Numbered from the stretch's first letter, positions 52,681 through 63,751 are shown. The stretch: 64,000 nucleotides of DNA from Octopus vulgaris (GCA_951406725.2 OX597818.1:80972001-81036000); one strand, 5' to 3'. The notes: generated from the letters alone by a model not told the origin. A program made the numbers and translations.

Positions 52681-54492
52681 AGGGTTGAAATTATGGAGGA
52701 GAGGGCTAGTTGATTACATTGACCTCAGTATTCTGTTGGTACCTGTTTGATTGATTCGAAAAGCAAGAATAGCTGAGTCAACCTCAGAGAAATTTAAACT
52801 CATTGAGCCAGAAGAAATGACACTAAGTATTTTGTCTCTGATACATTAACGATTCTGTCAGCACATTATATTACTACTAATAGTGATAATAATCGTTTTT
52901 GCTATAAAAGGGTTGAAATTTTGGAGGAGAGGGCTAGTTGATTACATTGACCTCAGTATTCAGTTGGTACCTGTTTGATTGATTTGAAAAGCATGAATAA
53001 CTGAGTCAACCTCAGAGAAATTTAAACTCATTGAGAAAGAAGAAATGACACTATGCATTTTGTCTCTGACACATTAACGATTCTGTCAGCACATTATATT
53101 ACTACTAATAGTGATAATAATCGTTTTTGCTATAAAAGGGTTGAAATTTTGGAGGAGAGGGCTAGTTGATTACATTGACCTCAGTATTCAGTTTGATTGA
53201 TTCGAAAAGCATGAATAACTGAGTCAACCTCAGAGAAATTTAAACTCATTGAGCCAGAAGAAATGACACTAAGTATTTTGTCTCTGATACATTAACGATT
53301 CTGTCAGCACATTATATTACTACTAATAGTGATAATAATCGTTTTTGCTATAAAAGGGTTGAAATTTTGGAGGAGAGGGCTAGTTGATTACATTGACCTC
53401 AGTATTCAGTTGGTACCTGTTTGATTGATTCGAAAAGCATGAATAACTGAGTCAACCTCAGAGAAATTTAAACTCATTGAGCCAGAAGAAATGACACTAA
53501 GCATTTTGTCTCTGACACATTAACGATTCTGTCAGCACATTATATTACTACTAATAGTGATAATAATCGTTTTTGCTATAAAAGGGTTGAAATTTTGGAG
53601 GAGAGGGCTAGTTGATTACATTGACCTCAGTATTCAGTTGGTACCTGTTTGATTGATTCGAAAAGCATGAATAACTGAGTCAACCTCAGAGAAATTTAAA
53701 CTCATTGAGCCAGAAGAAATGACACTAAGTATTTTGTCTCTGACACATTAACGATTCTGTCAGCACATTATATTACTACTAATAGTGATAATAATCGTTT
53801 TTGCTATAAAAGGGTTGAAATTTTGGAGGAGAGGGCTAGTTGATTACATTGACCTCAGTATTCAGTTGGTACCTGTTTGATTGATTCGAAAAGCATGAAT
53901 AATTGAGTCACCTCAGAGAAATTTAAACTCATTGAGCCAGAAGAAATGACACTAAGTATTTTGTCTCTGACACATTAACGATTCTGTCAGCACATTATAT
54001 TACTACTAATAGTGATAATAATCGTTTTTGCTATAAAAGGGTTGAAATTTTGGAGGAGAGGGCTAGTTGATTACATTGACCTCAGTATTCAGTTGGTACC
54101 TGTTTGATTGATTCGAAAAGCATGAATAACTGAGTCAACCTCAGAGAAATTTAAACTCATTGAGCCAGAAGAAATGACACTAAGTATTTTGTCTCTGACA
54201 CATTAACGATTCTGTCAGCACATTATATTACTACTAATAGTGATAATAATTGTTTTTGCTATAAAAGGGTTGAAATTTTGGAGGAGAGGGCTAGTTGATT
54301 ACATTGACCTCAGTATTCAGTTGGTACCTGTTTGATTGATTCGAAAAGCATGAATAACTGAGTCAACCTCAGAGAAATTTAAACTCATTGAGCCAGAAGA
54401 AATGACACTAAGTATTTTATCTCTGACACATTAACGATTCTGTCAGCACATTATATTACTACTAATAGTGATAATAATCGTTTTTGCTATAA
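52681..54492. repeat. Young tandem array: 8 copies of a 228-bp unit derived from a family B SINE (minus orientation) plus flank
   Basis: Units start at 52681, 52909, 53137, 53355, 53583, 53811, 54038 and 54266 (one 218-bp and one 227-bp variant). Confidence 0.95.
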
Positions 54493-56027
54493 GCACAAAG
54501 CTCGAAACTTTGGCAAAGAAGGCAAGTAGGTTACACTGACCTCAGTACTCAGCTGGTACTTATTTCACTGCCTCCCCCCCCCATCCCCGCAAAGGACAAA
54601 TAGCAAAGTTGACATTGGTAAAATTTAAATCCAGATCCTGAACTGCCAGAAGAGATTGCTATGCATTTTGTTCAACACACTAATGATTCTCCCAGCTCAT
54701 TGCCTTATTGTTAATGATAATAATGATTTCAAATTTTGGCGCAAGGCCAGCCATTTCGGTGGAGGGGTTAAGTTAATTACATTGACCCCAGTGTTCAACT
54801 GGTATTTATTTTATTGACCTTGAAATGTTGAATAGCAAAGTTACCATGGCAGCATTTGAACTCAAAATGGAAAGACATGAAATGCTGCTAAGCATTTTGC
54901 CTGGTGTACTGACTTCTGCCTGCTCACTGCCTTAGTAGTAGCAGTAGTTGTAATAATAATAATAATAATTAGCAGGATCCATGAACATTTCACAGAATTA
55001 ATGGTAAATTTATTGGGTTATTTCTGAAAACTTCATCCCAAAATTAGACATTTCACTCACTACCTGACCTATTTTCCATTACATTTCAGACAGATTCACT
55101 GCTGAGTTGTTGAAGCAGAAATATCATCACAGCAAATATTCTGCTCAATACCACAGATATGCTTGTCAGTTGTATGATCTTAACCACTTGAGCATGTCCT
55201 TTAGTCTCTGACAATATGTGCATCTCTGATCATGAGCAGGAGTAGGTGGGGAGCATCATAGCCTTGTGTTGAGAGGGCTTCTTTGGGGTTTGAATAAATA
55301 TCATAACCAAAGCAAAGTTTGAAGGAAATATTAACCAATTTTCATACTGTGTGATGGCAAGCAAATATGAATTAACGCTTGCTACCCAAGGACAAAAATC
55401 ATGTTACACATTGTTATAGGTTTGCTTGATCAGAGCTGATCTAGAACAAAACAAAAACATGTTTACAAGTAGGATGGGTTTCACTACCAATTGAAAACTG
55501 ACTCGTGTCTGTGACAAGAACACATGAAATCAGGATTGAGGACTAGAAGCAATTGATTCATGTGCTGGTTTCCTCCCCACTCCCATGTTCTATCAACTTG
55601 GGTCTAGCATATTTTAACTAGTTTTAATTGCTTGCCTTGGATAAGACTACCAACCCACCAATCTGTCTTCTCAAAGTTATAAAGTCCCTCCCTCTTGTGA
55701 TATGAATGTCAATCAAATACATACTTAATGGCAACTTTGAATTCATTGCATAGATTTAGTTGTGACAATAGCTAAGGCATAATTCTTGTCAGTTTAGTTC
55801 AGCTTGTCAAAGAAATGAGGTTGTTGTCTGGTAGAATGTATAATGCATGATCATGTAACTCATTATTTATAGGTTTTGGCTAACCTAGATTAAAATTTTC
55901 CATTGTGCTTTCCTTTAATGCTAATGATGTGTTTTAATTAATTTTGAGGATAATCATGTTTAGTGAGTTAGTAAACAACTAAATTGTGATGATTAAATCA
56001 GTGTTTAGCACAAAGCTCTTACATATA

Positions 56028-56936
56028 CAGTAAGCGAGCAAAAGAAAGAGAACAATTAATATTTTTTTTAAATGTCGGAAAAGCTAGTAAATGCACAAAT
56101 TCGCAATTGGTTTTGTAAATATGGTTAACAATTAGCTAAATTCTGCAAAAAATTTAAATCTGTACAATGGTCTTAATAAAAGTTAATAACATTAACATTA
56201 ATTTTGTCCAAATGTCTCATGTGCAAAATAAGAGAATGATTAGATTCCTTCAGAAATTTCTGGAAATTTCAAACATTTGCAGGCTCAACATTACTACCAT
56301 CTCAGTATCGTGCTAACTTCCAAAAATGGCACAGCATGCTAAAGTTACTCCCAACCTTCGAAAAGAAATTCTCAGAATGAAACTTTCAGGAATGATTCGC
56401 TCGGCTATTTCATGAAATGTGAGGAGATCTAAGAGTGTAGTTTCATTTGTTCTCAAGCTCTGTGGAGAAACTAAAGTTTTGAACTGAAAAAGGCAACTGG
56501 TAGACCATGCCAAACCACCATGCGAGATGATCGAGCTATGAAACAGTATGTATTGAAGGATCCTTTCGAGACTGTGGCTGGAATTTCTAAGAAAATAAAA
56601 GAAGTGAGCTGCCTTACAGAGTCTCGTCGTCTGAAGGAATTTGGATGAAAGACTTATTCTCCAGCAACAAAACCTACCATCAGCAAGAACAAATTGGAAG
56701 ACCATCATTTGCAGAAGCTCGTGTGATCTGGAGGGATGAAAATTGGTCAAAAGTTTGTTTTAGTGATGAAAACAAATTCAATTTAGTTGGTTCAGATGGT
56801 AGACAGTATGTTAGATGCTTCACAGGAGATCGGCTAAAATCCAAGTGTCTGAAGAAATCTATCAAGTTTGGAGGAGGAAGCGTCATGGTGTGGGGAATGA
56901 TTTCTTCTGAAGGAGTTGGCCTTCTAGTGCAGATTA
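56028..56936 (+). mobile_element. Truncated, decayed Tc1-family (DD34E-type) transposon
   Basis: TA|CAGT left end; ATG at 56326 opens an HTH-like region with stops; WSKVCFSDENKFNLVGSDG..YVR...KFGGGSVMVWGMIS..GVG.L contains the first catalytic Asp. The C-terminal half is missing. Confidence 0.88.
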
Positions 56937-57283
56937 AATTAGTAATGAACCACAATCCTTTACAAGCTATGACCCCAGTGGGCTTCATGCTATTCTTGGA
57001 AGTGTAGTTTATTCTTAGCTACAATAGCAACAACATGAATTTCTTCCATCTTGCTCTGTTAAAGTACTTGAGAAAAATTATATTAATGTATCCAACTGGT
57101 TAAAATTCTATTTATTTATGCAGCTGAGGATTGCTCTGCATTTAACTTGATGTAATGATTGCATTGTTCAATTAAATGGAGTTGCTTGAAACAGTTGTAC
57201 TGCATTACCTCTGGATATTCTTGTTGCTTATTTTGATTATATGTATGTTTATATTATATATCTGTCTGTCTGCATGCATACAT

Positions 57284-57316
<33 letters not shown>

Positions 57317-57451
57317 GCAACAGGTTATCAAGAAGTGATGCAGTATGACCATTTCAAGCAACTCCATTTAATTGAACAATGCAATCATTATATCAAGTTA
57401 AATGCAGTGCTATCATCAGCTGCACAAAGATACACACACATGCGCACACAC

Positions 57452-57716
57452 AAATATTTATATGTTTCTATGGATGTAGTAAAACCATCTCGCATAGACT
57501 TAAGTAACTGAAAAGTATCTATTTACGATCAAGAAAGATAACAACATATAAGGGATAAGAGGTTAATAGGTTATGCACATATATGCATATATACACATAT
57601 ACAAATATTTATACGTTTATATGGATATAGTATAACCATCTCGCATAGACCTAAGTAGCTGAAAAATATCTATCTAAGAACAGTAATAACTTATAAGGGA
57701 TAAGAGGTTAATAGGT
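57452..57716. repeat. Imperfect tandem duplication of about 150 bp
   Basis: aaccatctcgcatagac and ataagggataagaggttaatagg each occur twice. Confidence 0.7.
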
Positions 57717-58316
57717 AAGGATATCAAAATAAGAAAACAAAATAATAAGAAATATATATAAACTACATTTAAAGAGACAGGGTATTAAAATTTGAGGTAG
57801 GGAAGAGATAAAGGTAACCCCAAAAGAGGAGGTAGGAGGTATGGGTGTAGTGAGGGCAGTTAGAAGTATTCAGACCGAAGAGATTTTATAAGTTGGAATG
57901 TTACAGCTGCTATTTTATATATGATTTTATAGTTTCTAGTGGGTATATATATATGTAATGACTTTTATATAAGTAAGTCTCCTAATTATTCTTAAATGAG
58001 ATACCACAAGCAGTCATGTAGAACTCACACTGAAACCAAAACAATAAGGATTAAAGTGAAAGAAAAACTTGATTATTTGCTTCATAACTAAGCAGAATGA
58101 GGCAGCAATACAGTCTAATCACCACTGATGTCTTATAAATGCTAAGAATTTATTGAAAGCCAAGAGTGCTATGCAACCTTACCCATATTCAGACAAGTTT
58201 TGCATAAGAATACAAACATGGATTCAGTGATTACCTATTTTAAAAAATTGCTTGAAAGTGAATTCACTTTAGTTATTTATGCATAAAAGTATATTTAAAT
58301 ATGATATGGGAAATTA

Positions 58317-58611
58317 GAAATATTAAATTTCTCAATATCTCAGAGAGATATTAGCGGTGGTGGAACGATAGAGCGGTTGTATACTGCCAACTGCATCCAG
58401 AGGCATGACATGCTTCTGAGTCTTGCTCGTGGTCAGTCTGGAGTAGCAAGGCCTTCTAGCTGAAGATACCTGTCTAGGCCTTGTAAACATAAGGACACAG
58501 GAAATGTGTCAAGGCCGACAACAGGAAGTGTTGATGCTTCCTAGGGCTAAATAGCGGTGGTGTAATTCCCTCTATGGGACTGTCACATTAAGTTGGCAGT
58601 ATACAACCGCT
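58317..58611 (+). mobile_element. Unclassified highly structured non-autonomous element, copy 1 (candidate retrozyme-like)
   Basis: TSD atatRggaaatt (58304-58315 and 58612-58623); inverted repeat agcggttgtatactgccaact / agttggcagtatacaaccgct; motifs shared with 62188-62572. Confidence 0.65.
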
Positions 58612-58752
58612 ATATAGGAAATTGTTTTTGAGGAAAAAAAAATTTTAATGTTGTATCTCTAATGTACGTATGTATACATACACATGATATAGTTATGATG
58701 AAGCCTTTAAATGTTTATGCTTTTCAGTTCTGTATTCTTTTCTCTTTGACAG

Positions 58753-58845
58753 ATGTTTCGTCTGCTGCTCGGTCCTATTCTGAAGCCTTGGTGAAGATAG
58801 GTCAAACTGCTATAAATAGATCTACAGGACCCACACAAAATATTG
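58753..58845 (+). CDS. BAIAP2: Next coding exon (93 nt, phase 1 to 1) of the IRSp53/BAIAP2-like gene: (N)VSSAARSYSEALVKIGQTAINRSTGPTQNI(G)
   Basis: Acceptor ttctttttctctttgacag and donor GTATAG. The peptide matches IRSp53 GVTYAAKGYFDALVKMGELASESQGSKELG, and its phase is compatible with the upstream exon (A+AT = Asn). Confidence 0.85.
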
Positions 58846-58988
58846 GTATAGTAAATTTTATTGGTTGCATTCTTGTATTCTTTTATTGGTTTAATCCAGT
58901 GTTTTTCAACCATTTTTTTTATCTTTGATTTCTATTTTGCTCAGATGGACCTGCCTAGTCATTCAATCTTTAAAAAAATCCTATTGTT

Positions 58989-59389
58989 GGCATAGGAGTG
59001 GCTGTGTGGTAAGTAGCTTGCTTACGAACCACATGGTTAGGGGTTCAGTCCCACTGCGTGGCACCTTGGGCAAGTGTCTTCTACTATAGGCTCGGGCAGA
59101 CCAAAGCCTTGTAAGTGGATTTGGTAGACGGAAACTGAAAGAAACCTGTTGTATATATGTATATATATGTGTATGTGTGCGTATATGATTGTGTGTCTGT
59201 GTTTGTCCCCCCAACATTGCTTGACAACCAATGCTGGTGTGTTTACATCCCTGTAACTTAGCAGTTCGGCAAAAAAGACTGATAGAATAAGTACTAGGCT
59301 TACAAAGAATAAGTCCTGGGGTCAATTTGCTCGACTAAAGGTGGTGCTCCAGCATGGCCACAGTCAAATGACTGAAACAAGTAAAAGAG
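58989..59389 (+). mobile_element. SINE family C (ggcrcaggagtggctgtgtggtaag...ggttcagtccc...accttgggcaagtgtc...[microsatellite]...cagtcaaatgactgaaacaagtaaaaga). Other copies 10752-11163, 31282-31670 (+) and 7400-7806, 8968-9328, 14313-14789, 25317-25740, 40525-40926, 43217-43573 (-)
   Basis: Near-identical ~400-bp copies in both orientations with an A-box (TGGCTGTGTGG), a B-box-like GGTTCAGTCCC and an internal TA/TG microsatellite. Confidence 0.9.
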
Positions 59390-60047
59390 TATTTTTATAG
59401 TTAACTACTATTAGGAATTGTATAAAAATAAGCCAAGTGAAATTGTAGTTGTGGATGATGCCAGTGATGCGTAACTGGCACCCATACTGGTGGCTGGTGG
59501 CACGTAAAAGGCACCCTTCAAACTTTGGGTCACATGGAGACAGTGACAAGTGACTAAGACCTTTGGCAATATACCTTGCTTGAGAAGCCAAGTGAGATTG
59601 TAGTCATGGCTGATGCCAGTGTTTCATAATTGGCACCTGTGCTGGTGGCACGTAAAAAGCACCCACTACATTCTTGGAGTAGTTGGTGTTAGGAAGGGCA
59701 TCCAGCTGTAGAAACTTGTCAGATCAGATTAGAACTTGGTGCAGCTCCCTGGCATATCAGTTTTCAGTCAAACCATTCATGGAAAACAGACATTAAATGA
59801 TTATTAATACTATTATTACAGAGATGTACTTGCATAGCAAGTGATTTGATCTGAGATCGTGTGCTGAAACGAAAACAATTGCAGCGTGGAAGGTGTTTGT
59901 AAGCCATTTAAGAAACACACAATGCAGCACAGATTTTTGTCAGTGAACAGGTCGCGGTCTTAAAGCGACGAAAATATTTTGACAAATTAAACTTAAATGT
60001 TGAAGTGAATCGAACGGCTTTTGTGTGTTTCTTAAATATTATTATTG

Positions 60048-60049
<2 letters not shown>

Positions 60050-60086
<37 letters not shown>

Positions 60087-60142
60087 CATTATTATTATTA
60101 TTATTATCATTATTATTATTATCATAATTATTATTATTATTA

Positions 60143-60188
<46 letters not shown>

Positions 60189-60291
60189 CATTATTATTAT
60201 CATTATTGTTATTATTATCATTATTATTATTATCATTATTATTATTATTATTATTATTATCATTATTATTATTATCATTATTATTATTATT
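60050..60291. repeat. (TAT)n/(CAT)n trinucleotide tract
   Basis: Directly visible. Confidence 0.95.
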
Positions 60292-60928
60292 AAAATATTT
60301 TGTGTATTGTAGAAATATAACCAATATATTGGAGATAAATTTTAACTACAAAATCTTATATGGGCCCCCAAAGGTTATATAGACCCTAGTTTAGAACCAC
60401 TGGTTTAATCCATTGGATTGAAACCATACAGGGTCACTGCATTGCATGGGGCTCTTGTCTTGTCTCATAATGGCATTCACTTGGGAGGGGTTAAACCAGC
60501 TCGATTTGGGTTTATGTGTGAGTTCATAGGAATTTCAAGGGATGATCAAAGTTCTTGCAAACAGTTCCTGTCTGTATTTGTAAGCCACTGTGCATGCCTG
60601 GTGGCAGGTCATCCTTGTGTTATGCCTTCTTGCTGCTGGATAGCTGCTGATGTGATCCAATGCCTCCAGGAAACTGCTAGATTCTGGAACAGATGCTGCC
60701 TGGAATACACCATTATCTTCCAGTTAGCTGGGTTGTGGCCCCAGCATTGCTGGTATCAGACCTGTTTGCCTTGGGTGATCCTACTAGATACTCGAAGTCC
60801 CCAATAACATAGCTCTGGCACACATTCGTTTAACCTTCCCACCTTGATGGGGTCAAGGGTTGGATTTTGCGGAAGGTGTGTGTGGGGCACAGCTTGATTT
60901 TACTAAATTTATGTCTCTTTACGGATAC

Positions 60929-61154
60929 AACCCTTTCATTACTGTATTTATTTTGAGATGCTCTGTGTTTCTTTCAATTACTTTAAATATAACAAAGAAT
61001 TTAGTAAAATAACTTAGTTATCATTCAACTAGTGTTAGGAACATAAATTGTGACTAAGGTTTGGTGGAAGATTTTAATTCAAAACTTACGAAAACAAGAC
61101 ATTTGTACTCAGAGCCAGAGCTGGTTTCAGCCGGGTTGGTAACGAAAGGGTTAA
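60929..61154. mobile_element. Second piggyBac-type MITE family (ccctttcattac...gtaacgaaaggg-ttaa)
   Basis: 12-bp TIRs with one mismatch, starting CCC; TTAA on the right side. Confidence 0.6.
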
Positions 61155-61184
61155 ACTGGCCATATCTGGCCCAAACATTCTAGG

Positions 61185-62035
61185 AAGATTAGGCCTCTCC
61201 AAATTGGTCAGATGAATCAAAATCAAGCTGTTCATTGCAACTGTTGAATCAGTGCTATTATATGGCAGTGAAACCTCTTCTATCACCTCTGTCTACATCG
61301 CATCACTTTGTCTCCATCAATTCAGTGTGACACCAGTGCAAAATCACCTCCCTCTGACAAGTCATCCTAACGAGACGTCTGCATTGGCTGGTCATGCCCT
61401 CTGTTGTCAACCAGGAGAATTCATCTATGAAGCAATTGCCCCAGCTCCCCTTCAGGGTTGGTGAAAGTAATGTGGTGGACAACGAAAAACCTGGCTGATG
61501 ACAGTCAAGGTTGATCTGGAACCCAACCATGGCTACGGCATTTGCCGCTGGAATAAGGAGTGGTTGGAGATCACATGGTCATTAGCCTCAAATCACCAGG
61601 CCTGGTCGGCACTTGTGAGAGATGCCACAATGAGGATGAATGAAGCCAGCTCAACCCACCCCGGTGAATGCTGTCTCATGACAAGACAAGAAGTAAAACA
61701 TGGATACTGAGAAGGAAATTATCAAACAGGCTAAATGGATGCTACACAAAGATGTTACGAATGGTCCTAAATGTGAAACGGCAGCAACATATGACAAATG
61801 AATGCCTTTATGGAGACCTGCCGAAAGTTAGCGAAAAGATCAGGCAAAGATGGCTGCTACTATCTGGACACTGCATGTGCCACCCTGAACTGGAAGCGTC
61901 TGAATTAAACTTGTGGAACCCACTTCATGGAAAATATCATGATACACTGACAACTTGATCAGAAACACTGGCCTGGAATGTATCCAGGACCTTGAGGCAG
62001 TATGTTGGACCGAGAAGTGTGGTGGGTAGTCTTTG
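61185..62035 (+). pseudogene. Two decayed RTE/RTE-X LINE ORF2 C-terminal fragments
   Basis: Reads KIKLFIATVESVLLYGSET and LNGCYTKMLRMVLNV..QQHMTNE.LYGDLPKVSEKIRQR.L.L.GHC..HPE. Confidence 0.7.
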
Positions 62036-62187
62036 TTGCTGTAGCCTTGGCTGGAACCCAGCCATAAAAACAAAATAAGGCTTCTCACATGTATCCTGCA
62101 ATGTCATTCTAAAAATAAAACAATCACATCATTGGAATCTTGAAGCTATAAGATAATGTGTAATTGATTCAAAATAATGTTAATTAA

Positions 62188-62572
62188 TATTAATACTTAT
62201 CGCCAAGCTAATATGGTAGTCCAGAAATATAGGACGAATGCTGCCATTGATTAGCTCCAAGAGGCCATCACCTCTAGCTAGGTATGTGACACATGAACCT
62301 GTGTCCATTATAACCTTCGAACAGGGGAGGTCAGCCATTTCCCCTTGTTGGTCAGGCATCTGCAGATTAGTTTCAGGGTATTTGCCCTTTATCAATGCAG
62401 AGCAGCCGAACCCAGCAGGCATCACTACTGACTGTCTGTTCAATGGATTATTTACCTAAATTCAGCATTCGTCCTATATTTCTCGACTGCCATATTAGCT
62501 TGGCGATAACTATTAATATCCAGTGCCACTGCTGTAGTCTCCTTTAGAGAGACTTAGAAATATTAATATTTC
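62188..62572 (-). mobile_element. Unclassified highly structured non-autonomous element, copy 2, with a degenerate hammerhead (62360-62400, minus strand)
   Basis: Perfect 13-bp TSD taatgttaattaa (62175-62187 and 62573-62585); ~56-bp inverted repeat at 62188-62243 and 62463-62518. It interrupts a piggyBac-type MITE. Confidence 0.75.
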
Positions 62573-63705
62573 TAATGTTAATTAAGCGTTACATTTGATG
62601 GAGCAATCTGAATGCTAAGGGATGATTAAACCAGCCACATCCAGCCCAAACAGTCTGCCTGTTTTATGTTCAAACAAGTCAGATCTGGCCTCTCACACCT
62701 ACCCAACAATGTCATTTAAAAAATAAACAATCATATCATCAAAATGTTGAAGCTATGAGATAAAGAATGATAAATTTAAAACAATGTGAATGAATATTAC
62801 ATTTGATGAAGTTATCTGATTGCTAAAGGATTAAATATGACAAAGTATATACACAGATTTTACAAGCACGTGTGTGTGATATTGGCAGTATTTCTGTGTG
62901 TGTGTCTCATATCTACATTATATGTGCGTATGCAATAGCTACACATATACATGTGAATATGTGTGTGTTTGCACAATATCTATACTATATATGTGTATGA
63001 TATCTGCAGTGTATGTTGGGTATCTATAGTATGCATATGTGCATGTGTGTGATATCTATGGTATACGTTTGTATATGTGTGTGTGTGTCATATCCTCTGT
63101 ATATGTGTGATATCTACAGTGTGTGTGTTGGATGTGTATAGTATGCATGCGTATGATGTCTACAGTAAATGTGTGTATATATCCGTCTGATATCTACAGT
63201 GTGTGTGTGTATACATATGTATATATATATTTCTTTATTGCCCACAAGGGGCTAAACATAGAGGGGACAAACAAGGACAGACAAATGGATGCAGTCGATT
63301 ACATCACCCCCCAGTGCATAATTGGTACTTATTTAATCGACCCCGAAAGGATGAAAGGCGAAGTCGACCTCGGCGGAATTTGAACTCAGAATGTAGCGGC
63401 ATGATGATGACTGCCTTGTTGTAATACACAAACACACACACACACACACGCGTGGTTTGTACACCCGTGTCTATAAAGAGATTTTCTCGCAGGTGAAAAT
63501 CACATATTATGTTTACACTGATGTATATACATTAAATATAGTATACAGATAGCTATTCTAATGAATGATTAATTTCACAAATGAATGCTATTAGATTATA
63601 ATGAATCTTATTAAATTACTGTTTTAGTCTGAGAACTTAAACTAAATTATTGTTTGCATGTAATACAGGAAGTTCTGGTCTTGCTCCAAGTAACCAAAGC
63701 AATAC

Positions 63706-63751
63706 CTATCACTGAAGAGGTGAAATCGCACTGAAACAATGTGTTTGGTAG
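63706..63751 (+). ncRNA. Apparently intact minimal type I hammerhead ribozyme
   Basis: CTATCA-CTGAAGA-GGTG-aaatcg-CACT-GAAA-CA-atg-TG-TT-TGGTAG. Full core, 6-bp stem I (one G-U pair), stems II and III, and a GUU cleavage triplet. Confidence 0.65.

Larger units (their letters stand above)
58897..60402. mobile_element. hAT-type MITE expanded by nested insertions
   Basis: 8-bp TSD gtttaatc (58889-58896 and 60403-60410); TIRs cagtgtttttcaac / gtttagaaccactg. Confidence 0.8.

Noticed and set aside
52681-54492. CRISPR-like or coding tandem array
   Set aside because: There are no unique spacers, the units are SINE-derived, and the context is eukaryotic.
58459-58510. CTGAAGA...GGAAA in structured element copy 1 as a hammerhead (and TAAATAG at 58548 as a pistol ribozyme)
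   Set aside because: Stem II does not abut the core and stems I and III cannot be formed; the pistol pseudoknot is not evident.
58662-58928. The 88-aa ORF as a complete gene
   Set aside because: Only 58753-58845 is exon-like; the rest is intron read-through.
59908-60324. Poly-Asn, poly-Ile and poly-Tyr ORFs
   Set aside because: They arise from the (TAT)n tract; there is no splice or homology support.
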